From: an uncultured delta proteobacterium
Lineage (GTDB): Bacteria > Desulfobacterota > Binatia > UBA9968
DNA: 64,000 nucleotides
Assembly (NCBI GenBank): GCA_963840855.1
Contig: CAWJBB010000003.1
Location: 43,991-107,990, forward strand
Direction: 5' to 3'
Of this stretch, positions 30,135 through 43,804 are shown in pieces; positions within the stretch are counted from its first letter, which is position 1, and the number at the start of each line of letters is the position of its first letter. The notes below the pieces were generated by a model. It had not been told where the DNA came from and did no database searches. It saw nothing but the letters and a program-made list of their open reading frames with translations. The translations under genes and the position numbers were made by a program.

Positions 30135-30195
30135 GTAGGGGCAGGCTCGTACGTGCCTGCCCTCCGAACGGGCAACGACAGAGGGTTGCCCCTGC
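30135..30195. repeat. GTAG-type REP doublet
   Basis: GTAGGGGCAGGC..GCCTGCCC / GGGCAAC..GTTGCCCCTGC. Confidence 0.7.
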
Positions 30196-30227
30196 AAATT
30201 TTGGCGCATCTGAACCAATACCGCCGT

Positions 30228-31118
30228 TCATTCACGAAAAACCCGCCCTAGCCGCCAGCCGGAAACGTCGCTCCATTCAGCCAGCGCGACCAGGTTGCCC
30301 TGGCGGTCCAGAATCGGCGCGAGTTTTCCTCCCGCAAGGGGATTGCCGAGCTGGGCCAAAATATCTTGCTGTCCCAGGCGCAGCCGCGCGATCCAACGGT
30401 TGTCCCAAGTCACTGAAGGCAGATGGCTGAGCGCCACCGCCAGTGACACGAGAGCCCCGGAGGGCGCGGTTTTTGCCTCCTCCAACTGAGCGAGCGTTAT
30501 CGCCTGATCGATGCTTAAGCGGCCACAGGATAGGCGTCGAAGACTCTTGAGATGCGCGCCGCAACTCAAAGCCACGCCCATATCCGCCGCCAACGTGCGC
30601 ACGTAGGTGCCTCGTGAACAGGTCACGTCCAGCTCGATCTCCGTTTCATCGAGCTGAACAAGACTCAGCATTTCAACCCGCACCGCGCGCGGCGCCCGGG
30701 GTACTTCTCGGCCCTGGCGCGCCAGTCGGTACAAGCGCACGCCGTCTTTTTTTAAAGCGGAGAACATCGGCGGAATCTGTTGCAACTCGCCGGTGAACTG
30801 TGCTGCCAAACGCTCGAGGCGTTCGGCATCAAGCGCCGGCACAGGCCGCGTCTCAACCACATTGCCGGTGGCATCCTGGGAGTCGGTGGCCACTCCGAGA
30901 ACCATGACGCCGCGGTAGCGCTTGGAAGCGCTCAAAAAAATATCCGCGATCTTGGTGCCTTCATTGATCCCCAAGAGGAGTAATCCCGACGCAAATGGGT
31001 CCAGCGTGCCGAGGTGGCCGGCCTTTTTAGCGCCAAGGATCACCTTGACGCGTTGAACGACTTGCGCCGAGGAAGGGCCCGCCGGTTTATCGATGAGCAG
31101 AATGCCACTCCGAGTCAT
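30228..31118 (-). CDS. truB: tRNA pseudouridine(55) synthase TruB
   Basis: IDKPAG, GHLGTLDPFASG, PPMFSALK, SRGTYVRTL. Confidence 0.97.
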   Translation of the reverse strand: MTRSGILLIDKPAGPSSAQVVQRVKVILGAKKAGHLGTLDPFASGLLLLGINEGTKIADIFLSASKRYRGVMVLGVATDSQDATGNVVETRPVPALDAERLERLAAQFTGELQQIPPMFSALKKDGVRLYRLARQGREVPRAPRAVRVEMLSLVQLDETEIELDVTCSRGTYVRTLAADMGVALSCGAHLKSLRRLSCGRLSIDQAITLAQLEEAKTAPSGALVSLAVALSHLPSVTWDNRWIARLRLGQQDILAQLGNPLAGGKLAPILDRQGNLVALAEWSDVSGWRLGRVFRE

Positions 31119-31133
31119 ATGCAATAAATTGCC

Positions 31134-31238
31134 CGTTCAATGTTCAATGTTCAACGTCCCCACCGCCCAACCTCGAACCTTGAACGCGGAACCTTGAATC
31201 GCGCCGAAGGTGCCACGTTGAACTTTGAACGTTGAACC
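31134..31238. repeat. Inverted GTTCAAT/TTGAAC 7-nt-period repeat
   Basis: cgttcaatgttcaatgttcaacg ... cgttgaactttgaacgttgaacc. Confidence 0.75.
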
Positions 31239-31255
31239 GCACACGCAGTGTGCTC

Positions 31256-31822
31256 CTACTGATCAGAAGGCGTTAACGGCGCCCGGTTCTGCAACCAGAG
31301 GAAACCCCGATAGAGATATTGAATGCCCGAGAGCATTGTCGCCGCCGCCGTGGTGGCGATCAGAGTATCCAGGGTGAGCGCTGGTAACAGCTTTGGATCG
31401 TGGAGCGAGGTCAAAGCCGCCGCCAGAGTTGCCAGCTGTAGCATCGTGCTGCCTTTACCGATCAAAGTTGGCCGGGCCACGAACTTTTCTTCGATCTGAT
31501 AAAAAATTATGCCGAAACCAAGCAAAATAAATATATCGCGCATCACCACGATGACCACCAGCCATATTGGAATGGCTTCAATGGAACCGAGCATCACGTA
31601 GGACGAGAACACCAACAATTTATCGGCCACGGGGTCCAAGTACGCGCCCAGCCGAGTTTCCTGATGCAAACAGCGCGCCGCGAGGCCATCGAGAAAGTCG
31701 GTAACCGCGCCGAAAATAAAAATAATCAATGCTTCCGAATACCGGTGATAGGCCAAATAGGCGAGAAAGAACGGAATCGTCAGAATACGAATCAGCGTTA
31801 AGAAATTGGGCAGATTAAGCAT
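31256..31822 (-). CDS. pgsA: CDP-alcohol phosphatidyltransferase (PgsA-like)
   Basis: NLPNFLTLIR, TDFLDGLAAR...LGAYLDPVADK. Confidence 0.85.
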   Translation of the reverse strand: MLNLPNFLTLIRILTIPFFLAYLAYHRYSEALIIFIFGAVTDFLDGLAARCLHQETRLGAYLDPVADKLLVFSSYVMLGSIEAIPIWLVVIVVMRDIFILLGFGIIFYQIEEKFVARPTLIGKGSTMLQLATLAAALTSLHDPKLLPALTLDTLIATTAAATMLSGIQYLYRGFLWLQNRAPLTPSDQ

Positions 31823-31845
31823 CGCAACTCTTGGGCGCGAACGGA

Positions 31846-31920
31846 ATGGAGCGTTGGAGTAATGGAGTATTGGGATTCGAACCCAGCACTCCACCACTCC
31901 AGTACTCCGTGTACTCCAGT
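31846..31920. repeat. Inverted 8-nt-period repeat (TGGAGTAA/ACTCCA)
   Basis: atggagcgttggagtaatggagtattgg ... ccagcactccaccactccagtactcc. Confidence 0.75.
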
Positions 31921-31962
31921 TTCTATGAGGCGATTGAGGGCAATAGCCCATATGAGTCGCTT

Positions 31963-33242
<1,280 letters not shown>

Positions 33243-33246
<4 letters not shown>

Positions 33247-36200
33247 TTGGCCAAAGAATGAAAGCTGACCCGCGCGCCGAAAAGTTTTTCCACCGATGCT
33301 TCCAGCTCAGGCGTGGCGGCCACGCGCACCTGGTTGGGCAGCTCGATGACGGTTTCGCTTAGGCTCGCGGCGTAGAGATGGAGAAACACCGTGCAGGGGC
33401 CGGGATATTCGAGCAGCATATCGCGTAGCCGCACCAACTCGTCGACGGAGATTTCGCTTTCGTGCGCATGCAGGTGGAGTTTCTCACCGTCGCGCCGGTC
33501 ATTGCCAACGCCATTGCCGTTGGCGCGCCCCTTGGCGGCGGCTTCGGCCAGCAAACTGATTTCATTGGCGATGACTTGAATGCGCTCTTCGCCCGCTTCC
33601 AGCCGGCCCTTCACGAAAATCGGGTCGTCGGCGGAGAGCAGCTCGGCGCACTTTTTATAAACGTCGGGCCAGGCGATGATTTCGAGAAATCCGGTCTTGT
33701 CCTCGAGGTTGAAACTGCCGTAACGGTCGCCTTTCTTGGTATTGCGCAGTTTCAGCGCGGACACCACGCCGCCGATCTTGACTTCGCCGGGAGTGGCTTT
33801 TTCTTTTAGCGCGGCGATGGAGCCGTTGGTGATTTTCTTGATCGCGCGCTCGTATTTATCGAGCGGATGGCCCGTGATGTAAAACCCCAGCGCCTCCTTC
33901 TCGAAGGCCAGGGACTCCTGCGCCGACCATTCCGTCACCTGCGGATAAATGTCGCCGGGCTTTTTGCCTCCCTTGGCCGGGGCGCCGAGCACGGCGAAAA
34001 TGTTGATCTGGTTGCTCTCCTGGTCTCTCTGATACGCCTGACCTCCCTCGCGTCGCGTCGTCCAACGCGCCAATCATGCGCTGCCGCGATATGCCGGTAG
34101 CGTCGAAGGCGCCGCACTTGATCAAGCTCTCGATCACCCGCTTGTTGACCGCCGTGAGATCGACCCGCCGGCAAAAATCGAATAACGATTCAAAGGGACC
34201 GTCTTTCCGGCGGCTATCGAGAATCACTTCCACCGCCTTCGCGCCGACGTTTTTTACCGCGGCCAGACCGAAACGAATTTTGTCGCCCACCGGGGTAAAA
34301 TTCGAGCGGCTCTCATTGACATCCGGCGCGAGCACTTCGATGCCCTTTTGGCGGCACTCGGCAAGGTTCTTAATGACCTTGTCCGTGTCATCCATTTCCG
34401 AGGTCATCAGCGCCGCCATAAACTCCACCCGATAGTGCGCTTTCAAGTAAGCCGTTTGATACGATACCAAGGCATACGCCGCGGAGTGAGACTTATTGAA
34501 GCCGTAGCGCGCGAAAGTTTCCATCTGGTCGAAAATCTCGGTCGCCTGCTCATGGCTGATTTTTTTCGCCTCGGCGCCCTCGACGAAGCGCTCCCGTTGC
34601 GCCGCCATCTCCTCGGGGTCTTTTTTGCCCATAGCGCGGCGCAAGATATCGGCGTCGCCCATGCTGTAGCCACCGAGCACCTGGGCGATCTGCATCACCT
34701 GCTCTTGATACACGATGACGCCATAGGTGTCCTTCAGAATCGGCTCAAGCAGCGGATGCAGATACTTGATCTTCTCTTTGCCATGTTTGCGCTTGATGTA
34801 CTCTTCAGCCATGCCGCTATCGAGGGGACCAGGACGGTAGAGCGCCAAAATCGCCACCAAATCTTCGAAACAGTTGGGGCGAATCTTTACCGTCATCTCG
34901 CGGATGCCCGTGCTTTCCAGTTGGAACACGCCGGTGGTGTTGCCGTCGCACAGGAGCCGGTAGGTCTTTTTGTCGTTGAGAGCGAGATGTGGGATATCGA
35001 CTTTCACCCCCTGGCTCTCATCGATGAGCTTCAAGCAATCATGAATCAACGTCAACGTCTTAAGACCGAGAAAATCGAATTTCACCAAACCGATCTTCTC
35101 CACGCTGCCCATGTCGAACTGGGTGACGATGCCGCCTTCTTTATCAACGAACAAAGGCAGGTGGTCCACCAGCGGCAGATTGGAGAGCACGACGCCCGCC
35201 GCGTGGGTAGAAGCATGGCGCACCAGGCCTTCGAGACGAAGCGCGTGGCCGATCAGAGTCTGCACCCGTTGATCGGCCTTGATCAGTTCTTGGAGCCGCG
35301 GCTCCATTTTAATCGATTCTTGCAGCGGATAGTCGAAGCCCTGTTTGGGCGCCGGGATGAGCTTGGCGATGGCGTCGGCTTCAGCAAACGAGAAACCCAG
35401 CGCGCGCCCGACATCCTTGATTGCCGCCTTGGCTTTGAGCGTTCCGAAGGTGGCGATTTGCGCTACCCGGTCGGCGCCATATTTGTCCTTGACGTATTGA
35501 ATGACCTGGGACCGGCCGCGGATGCAGAAATCGACGTCGATATCCGGCATGGAGCGGCGCTCGGGATTGAGGAAGCGCTCGAAAAGCAAGACATGGCGGA
35601 TCGGGTCCAGGTCGGTGATTTTGAGCGCGTAGGCGACGAGACTCCCAGCCGACGAGCCGCGCCCAGGACCGACGGGGATGCCGTTACGTTTGGCGTAGTT
35701 GATGAAGTCGGCGACTACCAGGAAATAACCGGGAAACTGCATGCCCTTGATCACACCCAGCTCGTAATCTAGACGCTCGCGATAAGACTTGCGCAGCTCG
35801 GGATCGTCGACACCTTCGAGCCTTTCGTCGAGGCCGCTGTGCGCCAACTCGTCTAGATAGTCATCGAGACTGATCTCTTTTGGCGGGGTGAAGGCCGGGA
35901 AGTGATACTTGCCAAACTCGATCTCGACGTTGCAGCGGTCGGCGATCTCCAGCGTACGCTCCACCGCGCCGGGGCAATAATCGAAGCCCCGCTGCATCTC
36001 CTCCGCCGACTTGAGAAACAGCTCGTCAGTCTCGAGTCTCAACCGGTTGTCGTCCTCGACCGTCTTGCCGGTCTGCACCGCGAGCAGCACGTCATGCGCG
36101 TGGTAATCTTCGCGCTCGCCGTAGTGGCAGTCGTTGGTGGCCACCACCGGCAGCGACAAGTCCCGCGCCAGCTCGACTAAGAGCCGGTTGACCTTCTCCT

Positions 36201-36759
36201 GCTCAGCGAGCTTGTTGTCCTGGATTTCGACGTAGTAGCGGTCGCCGAATATCGACGCATAGCTCGCCGCGGCGGCGCGCGCCTTCTCCATGTTGCCATT
36301 GGACAGCGCTTGCGACACTTCGCCCTGAAGACAGGCGCTCAGAGCGATCAAACCGCCGTTGAACTCCATGAGCAGCTCTTTGTCGATGCGCGGCTTGTAA
36401 TAAAACCCTTCGATGTAACCGAGAGAGACGAGCTTGCATAGATTGCGATAGCCGTCCCGGTTCATCGCCAGGAGAATCAAATGATTATTGTACTCCTTCG
36501 GTCCCTTATCGACGCCTTTCTTGTCGAAACGGCTGGTCGGCGCGACGTAGATTTCGCAGCCGATGATCGGTTTGATGCCTTTGCTCAAGGCCTCGCGGTA
36601 GAACTCGATGGCGCCGAACATATTGCCATGATCGGTCATGGCCACCGCCGGCTGCTTGAGCGCTTTGATGCGCTCGAAAAGCTTATCGACCTTGTTGGCC
36701 CCGTCGAGCAAACTGTATTCGGTGTGGCAATGTAAATGGACGAACCGGGAATGCTCCAT
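33243..36759 (-). CDS. dnaE: DNA polymerase III alpha subunit (frameshift near 34050)
   Basis: PHP domain [37 protein letters not shown]; OB-fold C-terminus ([14 protein letters not shown]) in ORF 33243-34073. Confidence 0.96.
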
Positions 36760-36885
36760 CAGAATAAGCTATCTCTTAGCACAAAGAAATTTTTCGCTCA
36801 ATTAGATCAAGATAAATTGTTGTCATGAGTTAGTGTCCCCCGTGTGGCAACAGTCCAAACCCTTACATTAACGAATAGCAAAGGT

Positions 36886-36951
36886 CGTCACTCCTGCGGC
36901 AGCGGGAATCCAGATGAGAGAAATCTGGATTCCGCTTTCACGGGAATGACG
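36886..36951. repeat. GTCAYTCC...GGAATGAC palindromic element
   Basis: cgtcactcctgcggcagcgggaatccag ... ctggattccgctttcacgggaatgacg. Confidence 0.75.
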
Positions 36952-36962
36952 CACCGGGCGCA

Positions 36963-37406
36963 TCAGTTATCTACAGACTCCGGCCACAGACCGGCATCGA
37001 CAAACGCATCAACCACCGCGCCGAGAATATTGGCGAACTTGATTTCTTTTCGCTCCGCCATCGCGATGCTCCTGAGTCTCTGGCCTTCATAAAGGGTCAA
37101 TTCGGCCGGCGATCTATGGATGGTCGCCCAGTAAATATGTTTGACGTTGGGATAGGCATCCCCTTCTGCGCAGTAAAAGCGCCGAAACGCGTGCCAGGCC
37201 TTGAGCTCGATACCGATCTCCTCCTTGACCTCGCGCACCAAGGCTTGTTCCGGTGTCTCATCTTTTTCCAAATGACCGCCGAAGAGGTCCCAATGATTTG
37301 GAAAGGGAATCTCCGGATTATCGTCGCGCAGATAAATCAAGAGCCGCCGGTGGCGGTCGAAAAGCAAAACCTGCGCAATCTGTTTAACCCTGATAGATTC
37401 TTCCAT
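36963..37406 (-). CDS. NUDIX hydrolase
   Basis: GGHLEKDETPEQALVREVKEEIG Nudix box. Confidence 0.92.
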   Translation of the reverse strand: MEESIRVKQIAQVLLFDRHRRLLIYLRDDNPEIPFPNHWDLFGGHLEKDETPEQALVREVKEEIGIELKAWHAFRRFYCAEGDAYPNVKHIYWATIHRSPAELTLYEGQRLRSIAMAERKEIKFANILGAVVDAFVDAGLWPESVDN

Positions 37407-37534
37407 AAACTCTGCCGAAAAACCCTATGACTGCTTTCGACCAAGCTCTTACTTTGGCAAGCTCAAGAACCCGGAAACTAAAGCGCTCCCCACGCCGCGA
37501 AGGCATCCCGGGGCACGAATAATCCCGCTGCAAT

Positions 37535-39067
37535 CTACTCCCACTCGATGGTCGCCGGGGGCTTGGACGATACGTCGTAGACCACGCGGTTGACGCCACG
37601 CACCTCGTTCAATATGCGGTTGGAAATTTTCCTCAGCAACTCCGCCGGCAGCGCCACCCAGTCGGCGGTCATGCCGTCCTGGCTATCGACCACCCGAAGC
37701 GCGACGACGTTTTCGTAACTACGCTCGTCGCCCACGACCCCGACGGTCTTGATCGGCAGCAAAACCGCGAACGACTGCCAGACTTTTTCATATAGATCTG
37801 CTGTCTTGATCTCGTCGAGGACGATCACATCGGCGTCGCGGAGAATATCCAACCGCTCTTCCGTGACCTCGCCGAGTACGCGAATCGCCAGTCCGGGACC
37901 TGGAAAGGGCTGGCGTTGAATCATCTCTATGGGCAGGCCCAGCTCTTTGCCGAGGACTCTCACTTCGTCTTTGAATAATTCGCGCAGCGGCTCGACGAGC
38001 TTGAATTTCATCTTGGTGGGCAAACCGCCGACATTGTGATGCGACTTGATGGTAGCTGAAGGCCCGAGCACCGAAACCGACTCGATCACGTCGGGATAAA
38101 GCGTCCCTTGAGCGAGATGTTCGATCTCACCGAGCTTCGCCGCCTCTTCCTCAAAGACTTCAATAAATTGGTGACCGATGCGCTTGCGTTTGATCTCAGG
38201 GTCCTCCACCCCCTTGAGCTCGGAGAGAAACAGCTCGCTGGCATCCACATAACGAAAACTGTTGGCGAAACGCTCGGCGAAAAGCTGGCAGACACGTTCC
38301 GCTTCGTTCTTGCGCAGTAGGCCGTTATTAACGAACACGCAGATCAGCCGGTCTTGGATGGCGCGGTGGACCAGAGTGGCGGCGACGGCGGAATCGACGC
38401 CGCCGCTGAGCGCGCAAAGAACGCGGCCATCGCCGACCTGGTCACGAATCTTCTTGACCGAGGATTCGATGAAATGCTCCATCGTCCAGCTCGGCTGGCA
38501 GCCGCAGACGCGAAATACGAAATTGTCGAGAATTTCTCTGCCGCGCGGCGTGTGTGCCACTTCGGGATGAAACTGCACGCCGAAGAAGCGCCGCGTGGAA
38601 TCAGCGAATGCCGCAATGGGCGAGTTGCCGCTGTGGGCGAGAATGGTCCAGCCCTTGGGGTATGAGACCATTTTGTCGCCGTGGCTCATCCAGACCCGGG
38701 CCGGCGGGTGTTTAGTGAAGCCGTGGAAGAGATCGGCGTCATTGTCGATGGTTAAATCGGCTGGGCCATATTCGCGATGGTCGGCGCGCGCGGCTTCGCC
38801 GCCGAAAGCGAGGTTGATCATGCCCATCCCATAACAGATCCCGAGGAACGGTACGGGCAGCTGAAAAATCGCCGGGCTGACTTTTGGAGCGGTTTCCTGG
38901 TAGATGCTCGCCGGACCGCCGGAAAGAATAATGCCTTCAGGTTGGAGGTCCTTGATTTTTTCCAGCGTGATGTTGAACGGGTGGATTTCGCAGTAAACCT
39001 TGGATTCCCGGATGCGCCGCGCGATGAGTTGGGTGTACTGCGAACCGAAGTCAAGAACAAGAATCAT
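37535..39067 (-). CDS. guaA: GMP synthase (glutamine-hydrolysing)
   Basis: [40 protein letters not shown]. Confidence 0.98.
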   Translation of the reverse strand: MILVLDFGSQYTQLIARRIRESKVYCEIHPFNITLEKIKDLQPEGIILSGGPASIYQETAPKVSPAIFQLPVPFLGICYGMGMINLAFGGEAARADHREYGPADLTIDNDADLFHGFTKHPPARVWMSHGDKMVSYPKGWTILAHSGNSPIAAFADSTRRFFGVQFHPEVAHTPRGREILDNFVFRVCGCQPSWTMEHFIESSVKKIRDQVGDGRVLCALSGGVDSAVAATLVHRAIQDRLICVFVNNGLLRKNEAERVCQLFAERFANSFRYVDASELFLSELKGVEDPEIKRKRIGHQFIEVFEEEAAKLGEIEHLAQGTLYPDVIESVSVLGPSATIKSHHNVGGLPTKMKFKLVEPLRELFKDEVRVLGKELGLPIEMIQRQPFPGPGLAIRVLGEVTEERLDILRDADVIVLDEIKTADLYEKVWQSFAVLLPIKTVGVVGDERSYENVVALRVVDSQDGMTADWVALPAELLRKISNRILNEVRGVNRVVYDVSSKPPATIEWE

Positions 39068-39110
39068 TCCATAATCCGAAAGTAAGCTCACAACCCATTA
39101 ATTGACCTGG

Positions 39111-39221
39111 CCGTCGAGAAGGCGGTGGGTGGGAGGCGACCTTAGGGCTCGCACCAGAGCGTACATCGGCAGTGCGTCAGGATGCGAGCCAGAGGTGACA
39201 GCAAGTGCGCCCTATCGACGG
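39111..39221. repeat. MITE-like element with terminal inverted repeats between guaB and guaA
   Basis: CCGTCGAGAAGGCG ... CGCCCTATCGACGG (12/14 match) plus an inner GGCTCGCA/TGCGAGCC pair. Confidence 0.5.
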
Positions 39222-39228
39222 ATCGGGA

Positions 39229-40698
<1,470 letters not shown>

Positions 40699-40755
40699 TC
40701 ACCTCCGTGCTCAGCTAACAGAGTGCCGAAAAACTCTGGTATCAGGCTTCCTGCT

Positions 40756-40785
40756 AAAAAAAAACCCAGACCGGGGCCTGGGTTT
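40756..40785 (-). terminator. Intrinsic terminator inside the guaB 5' leader
   Basis: AAACCCAG-gccccggt-CTGGGTTT followed by a T run, between the promoter and the start codon. Confidence 0.7.
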
Positions 40786-40822
40786 CGAGAGGATTGCGCT
40801 TGTTTCAGTGCAAACATAAATT

Positions 40823-40851
40823 CTTATAGCAGGAAAATTTTCTTGAGACAA
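40823..40851 (-). promoter_or_regulatory. Sigma-70-type promoter for guaBA
   Basis: TTGTCT-N17-TATAAG. Confidence 0.6.
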
Positions 40852-40902
40852 GTTTGCCTGATTGAGCGCATCCAATCGATGTGATAGCTACAAATCCACA
40901 CT

Positions 40903-41136
40903 ATGCCGCTGTACGAATACAATTGCGCCAAGGGACACCGTTTCGAGTCCATCCAAAAGGTCAGCGACCGGCCGCTCAAGCGCTGCGACATTTGCTCCGC
41001 CCCCGCCACGCGTGCCATCTCACAGCCGACCTTGCTCCATAACCGCGGTGTCCATGTCTTCGACCGGGTCACCAAAGACGATGCCCTGCGCGCCCGCCCT
41101 TCTTCCCTCAAATCGTTTAAGAAAGACAAATTCTAG
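40903..41136 (+). CDS. FmdB-family zinc ribbon protein
   Basis: MPLYEYNCAKGHRFESIQ...CDIC. Confidence 0.88.
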   Translation: MPLYEYNCAKGHRFESIQKVSDRPLKRCDICSAPATRAISQPTLLHNRGVHVFDRVTKDDALRARPSSLKSFKKDKF

Positions 41137-41173
41137 AACCGACTGGCTCACCTCAAGAGCGAGCCAGCCGGAG

Positions 41174-41262
41174 TTCAAAGGTTCAATAGTTCAAGGTTGA
41201 GGTTCAAAGTACGATTCGCCGAGTCCGACCTTGAACACTTAAACCTTTGAACCTTTGAACGA
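41174..41262. repeat. Inverted GTTCAA/TTGAAC repeat
   Basis: gttcaaaggttcaatagttcaagg ... ccttgaacacttaaacctttgaacctttgaacg. Confidence 0.72.
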
Positions 41263-42636
41263 TTATCCATAAATCCACTTGCCGGGATTCTGCGCATAGT
41301 CCTCGTACGAACCGGGACAGGTGATGCCGGGAATTTGCGGAATCCAATCTTCGCGCAAAAAATCATCTGGGTTACCGTACGTTTCGGCGAGTCGGCGCAC
41401 CTCAGGATCGTCCAGAGCCGTCAGCCGGCCATCGCGGATAATCGTATATTCCTTGCCCCTTTTGGTGGTGATGGTGAAGGTCGGGAAAAGCAAATGAATA
41501 TGCAAATGGCCGTAGAGAATGCCATTCTCACCGGCCCACTTTTCTTCAGCCGAGCGCCACAGGGTGCCGAAGCCCATATGAATTACGCCGGAACGGCGCC
41601 GCTCCCATTCGAAGCCACCGGAAGAGTGCTTTTCGATGCCGCTCGGCCGCATGATTTTTGGATTGGTTCCGATGGCGACTTCCCAGAGATAAAACAGCCC
41701 CGGACGCGGAAAGCACGGATACTGTGTGCGCTTGCTTTCTTCCAGCAGGTCGCGCCACGCATCACCATAAGCGGCGCCGCCGCTCACTTTAACGATTTGC
41801 CCGCCTTCCATCTCGACTTTCACTTGCGGGAAAGCCCTTGAAAAATGGCTCGTCGTGCCGGCCACTACGCCGGCGGCGTCTTCCTTGGCGATGATCGGCG
41901 GCACGGGATGACCAAACAGATGCCCGTTGCGCGGCGAGGCCGCAAAACCATAGCGCGTGCCATCGTAGTACTCTTCCCAATAGGTCCAGGTAAGATCGGT
42001 GCCTTCGGCGTCCGTTAGCCGCACGCGCCCGCCGCGCCCATATTGCCAGATCGGATCCCAGGTTTTTTTATTGATCAGCAGATGGAGATCCAAAGGATAG
42101 GTCGTGGAGCGCTGGAGAAAATGCTCGGGGCGGAGCCACGGAATCTGCTCGTAGCGAAAATCTGTTTTGGGGATCGGTCCGCCCTTGCCGTGGATAAGCA
42201 GATCGTATCCGCCGCGTAGCGCGAAGTCTTCGATATACGGCATCCCTTCCCAACGGCGCGGATTGTTGTCCCATGGCTCGCGCCGCATGATGACTTCAAT
42301 TTCATCTTGATAATCGAACAGCCGGTCGGGGTTGCCCATATCGGCGATCAGGATATCGACATGGGCGCCCTTTTCGCGCAAGGCCGCGGCGACGGCATTG
42401 GGCACATCGTGATCGTACTCGCGATCGATGGCGATCAGCACTCTGTTGCCCGATTTGGTTTTGTTGTAGCCGACGAAGCCGATATGGCTGTCGCGGTTTT
42501 CCCGCGCATTCGCCAGCGCCCGCGCGAAAGGCATCAACCGAGAAAGATCAGCCGAGCGCAGTCCAGCGCGCCGCAGCTGCTCTTCCCTGGGAACCGCGCT
42601 GCTCAAACCTACGCCATCATCGGCTGTGTCGCACAT
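41263..42636 (-). CDS. Uncharacterised protein, remotely M29 aminopeptidase-like metalloprotein
   Basis: EVAIGTNP...E...GVIHMGFG...HLH resembles the C-terminal metal motifs of the M29/NicX-like fold. Confidence 0.6.
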   Translation of the reverse strand: MCDTADDGVGLSSAVPREEQLRRAGLRSADLSRLMPFARALANARENRDSHIGFVGYNKTKSGNRVLIAIDREYDHDVPNAVAAALREKGAHVDILIADMGNPDRLFDYQDEIEVIMRREPWDNNPRRWEGMPYIEDFALRGGYDLLIHGKGGPIPKTDFRYEQIPWLRPEHFLQRSTTYPLDLHLLINKKTWDPIWQYGRGGRVRLTDAEGTDLTWTYWEEYYDGTRYGFAASPRNGHLFGHPVPPIIAKEDAAGVVAGTTSHFSRAFPQVKVEMEGGQIVKVSGGAAYGDAWRDLLEESKRTQYPCFPRPGLFYLWEVAIGTNPKIMRPSGIEKHSSGGFEWERRRSGVIHMGFGTLWRSAEEKWAGENGILYGHLHIHLLFPTFTITTKRGKEYTIIRDGRLTALDDPEVRRLAETYGNPDDFLREDWIPQIPGITCPGSYEDYAQNPGKWIYG

Positions 42637-42656
42637 AAAAACCCCTCAATCCTGGA

Positions 42657-42728
42657 ACGTTGGAGTGATGGAGTGTTGGGGTCCGGAGCCGTCTGAAACC
42701 CATTACTCCATCACTCCACTACTCCATT
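42657..42728. repeat. Inverted 8-nt-period repeat (TGGAGTG/ACTCCA)
   Basis: acgttggagtgatggagtgttgg ... ccattactccatcactccactactcca. Confidence 0.72.
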
Positions 42729-42737
42729 GTCCCGTTC

Positions 42738-43727
42738 TTACAGACAGTTCTTCTTCACCCACTCGACGATCTCGCCACGCTTGGCGAACCAGATATCGGG
42801 AAATGACTTGGCGTACTTGATGCAGTCATCGTAAACCTTGCCGGTGGCCGGGAAAGCCATCTGGCAATGCATGGCCAAGGTGAGCATCCGGGGCTGTGCT
42901 TCGGATTCTTCGTAGAGAATATCGAACTCATCCTTGAACGAGTGAAAAACATCCCGCGCCATTATGCCGCGGCGGTACATGCCAGTATCGTTCAAGCCGC
43001 TGATGGCGTTCTTGTACGGCACGATGATCATGATCTTGCCGTTGACGGTGGCGGGATACGGATTATCGTCGTTGACCGCGTCGCCATGCCACGTAAACCC
43101 TTCATCGGCGAGGATTCCCAGCGTGCGCTCGGTGTGGCGCATGCCGGAGGTGAGCCATCCCGTCGGCCGCGCGCCGACGAAGTCCTCGAACATCTTCGCG
43201 CAGGTGCGGATCTCCTCGCGCTCTTGTTCTTCGGTCAGATGGATTAATTGAACGTCTTCGGCATAGGAGTGGCCGACGATCTCGTGGCCACGCTCGTGAA
43301 CCGCTTTTACCGCTTCGGGATAGCGATGGATGCACAGCGCGTTGGTATTGAACGAGGCCTTGACCTCGTATTTGTCCAAGATGCGCAAAATCCGCCAGAC
43401 GCCGGTCCGGCCGCCGTAATCGTTCTCACTGGCGGTGCGGCAGTCGTACTGCGAGACCACGTCGTCTTCTTTTATGGGATTGGATCCGCCGACATGATGC
43501 GTGCGGCGATGCTTGGCATTCGGTATTTCGGTCCAGGCTTCCAAATTACCCGCCAAGGCCACCGCGATCCGCGCCCCATTGGGCCACTTGATTTTGATCT
43601 TCTTGGCCTTGGAATAGACGTCGTAAAAATTGTCGTGTTGCGGCATCATGGCTCGCTCACCCTCCTCGTATAACCGCGCAAATTTCTCTCGTTGTTTGGA
43701 TATATGGAAATCAAAAGTTGCTGTCAA
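42738..43727 (-). CDS. Polysaccharide deacetylase family protein (PuuE-like)
   Basis: WPNGARIAV, DYGGRTGVWRI, GHEIVGHSY, FDILYEE, LAMH. Confidence 0.82.
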   Translation of the reverse strand: MTATFDFHISKQREKFARLYEEGERAMMPQHDNFYDVYSKAKKIKIKWPNGARIAVALAGNLEAWTEIPNAKHRRTHHVGGSNPIKEDDVVSQYDCRTASENDYGGRTGVWRILRILDKYEVKASFNTNALCIHRYPEAVKAVHERGHEIVGHSYAEDVQLIHLTEEQEREEIRTCAKMFEDFVGARPTGWLTSGMRHTERTLGILADEGFTWHGDAVNDDNPYPATVNGKIMIIVPYKNAISGLNDTGMYRRGIMARDVFHSFKDEFDILYEESEAQPRMLTLAMHCQMAFPATGKVYDDCIKYAKSFPDIWFAKRGEIVEWVKKNCL

Positions 43728-43804
43728 TCAACTGAACTCGAATCGATATCATTTGCCATCGGCAACTTATCTTCACTGAAGCGGCGCCATGAGCAACTAT
43801 GCTT

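Noticed and set aside
34348-35772. 474-aa plus-strand ORF
   Set aside because: Antisense shadow of dnaE in GC-rich DNA; no motifs
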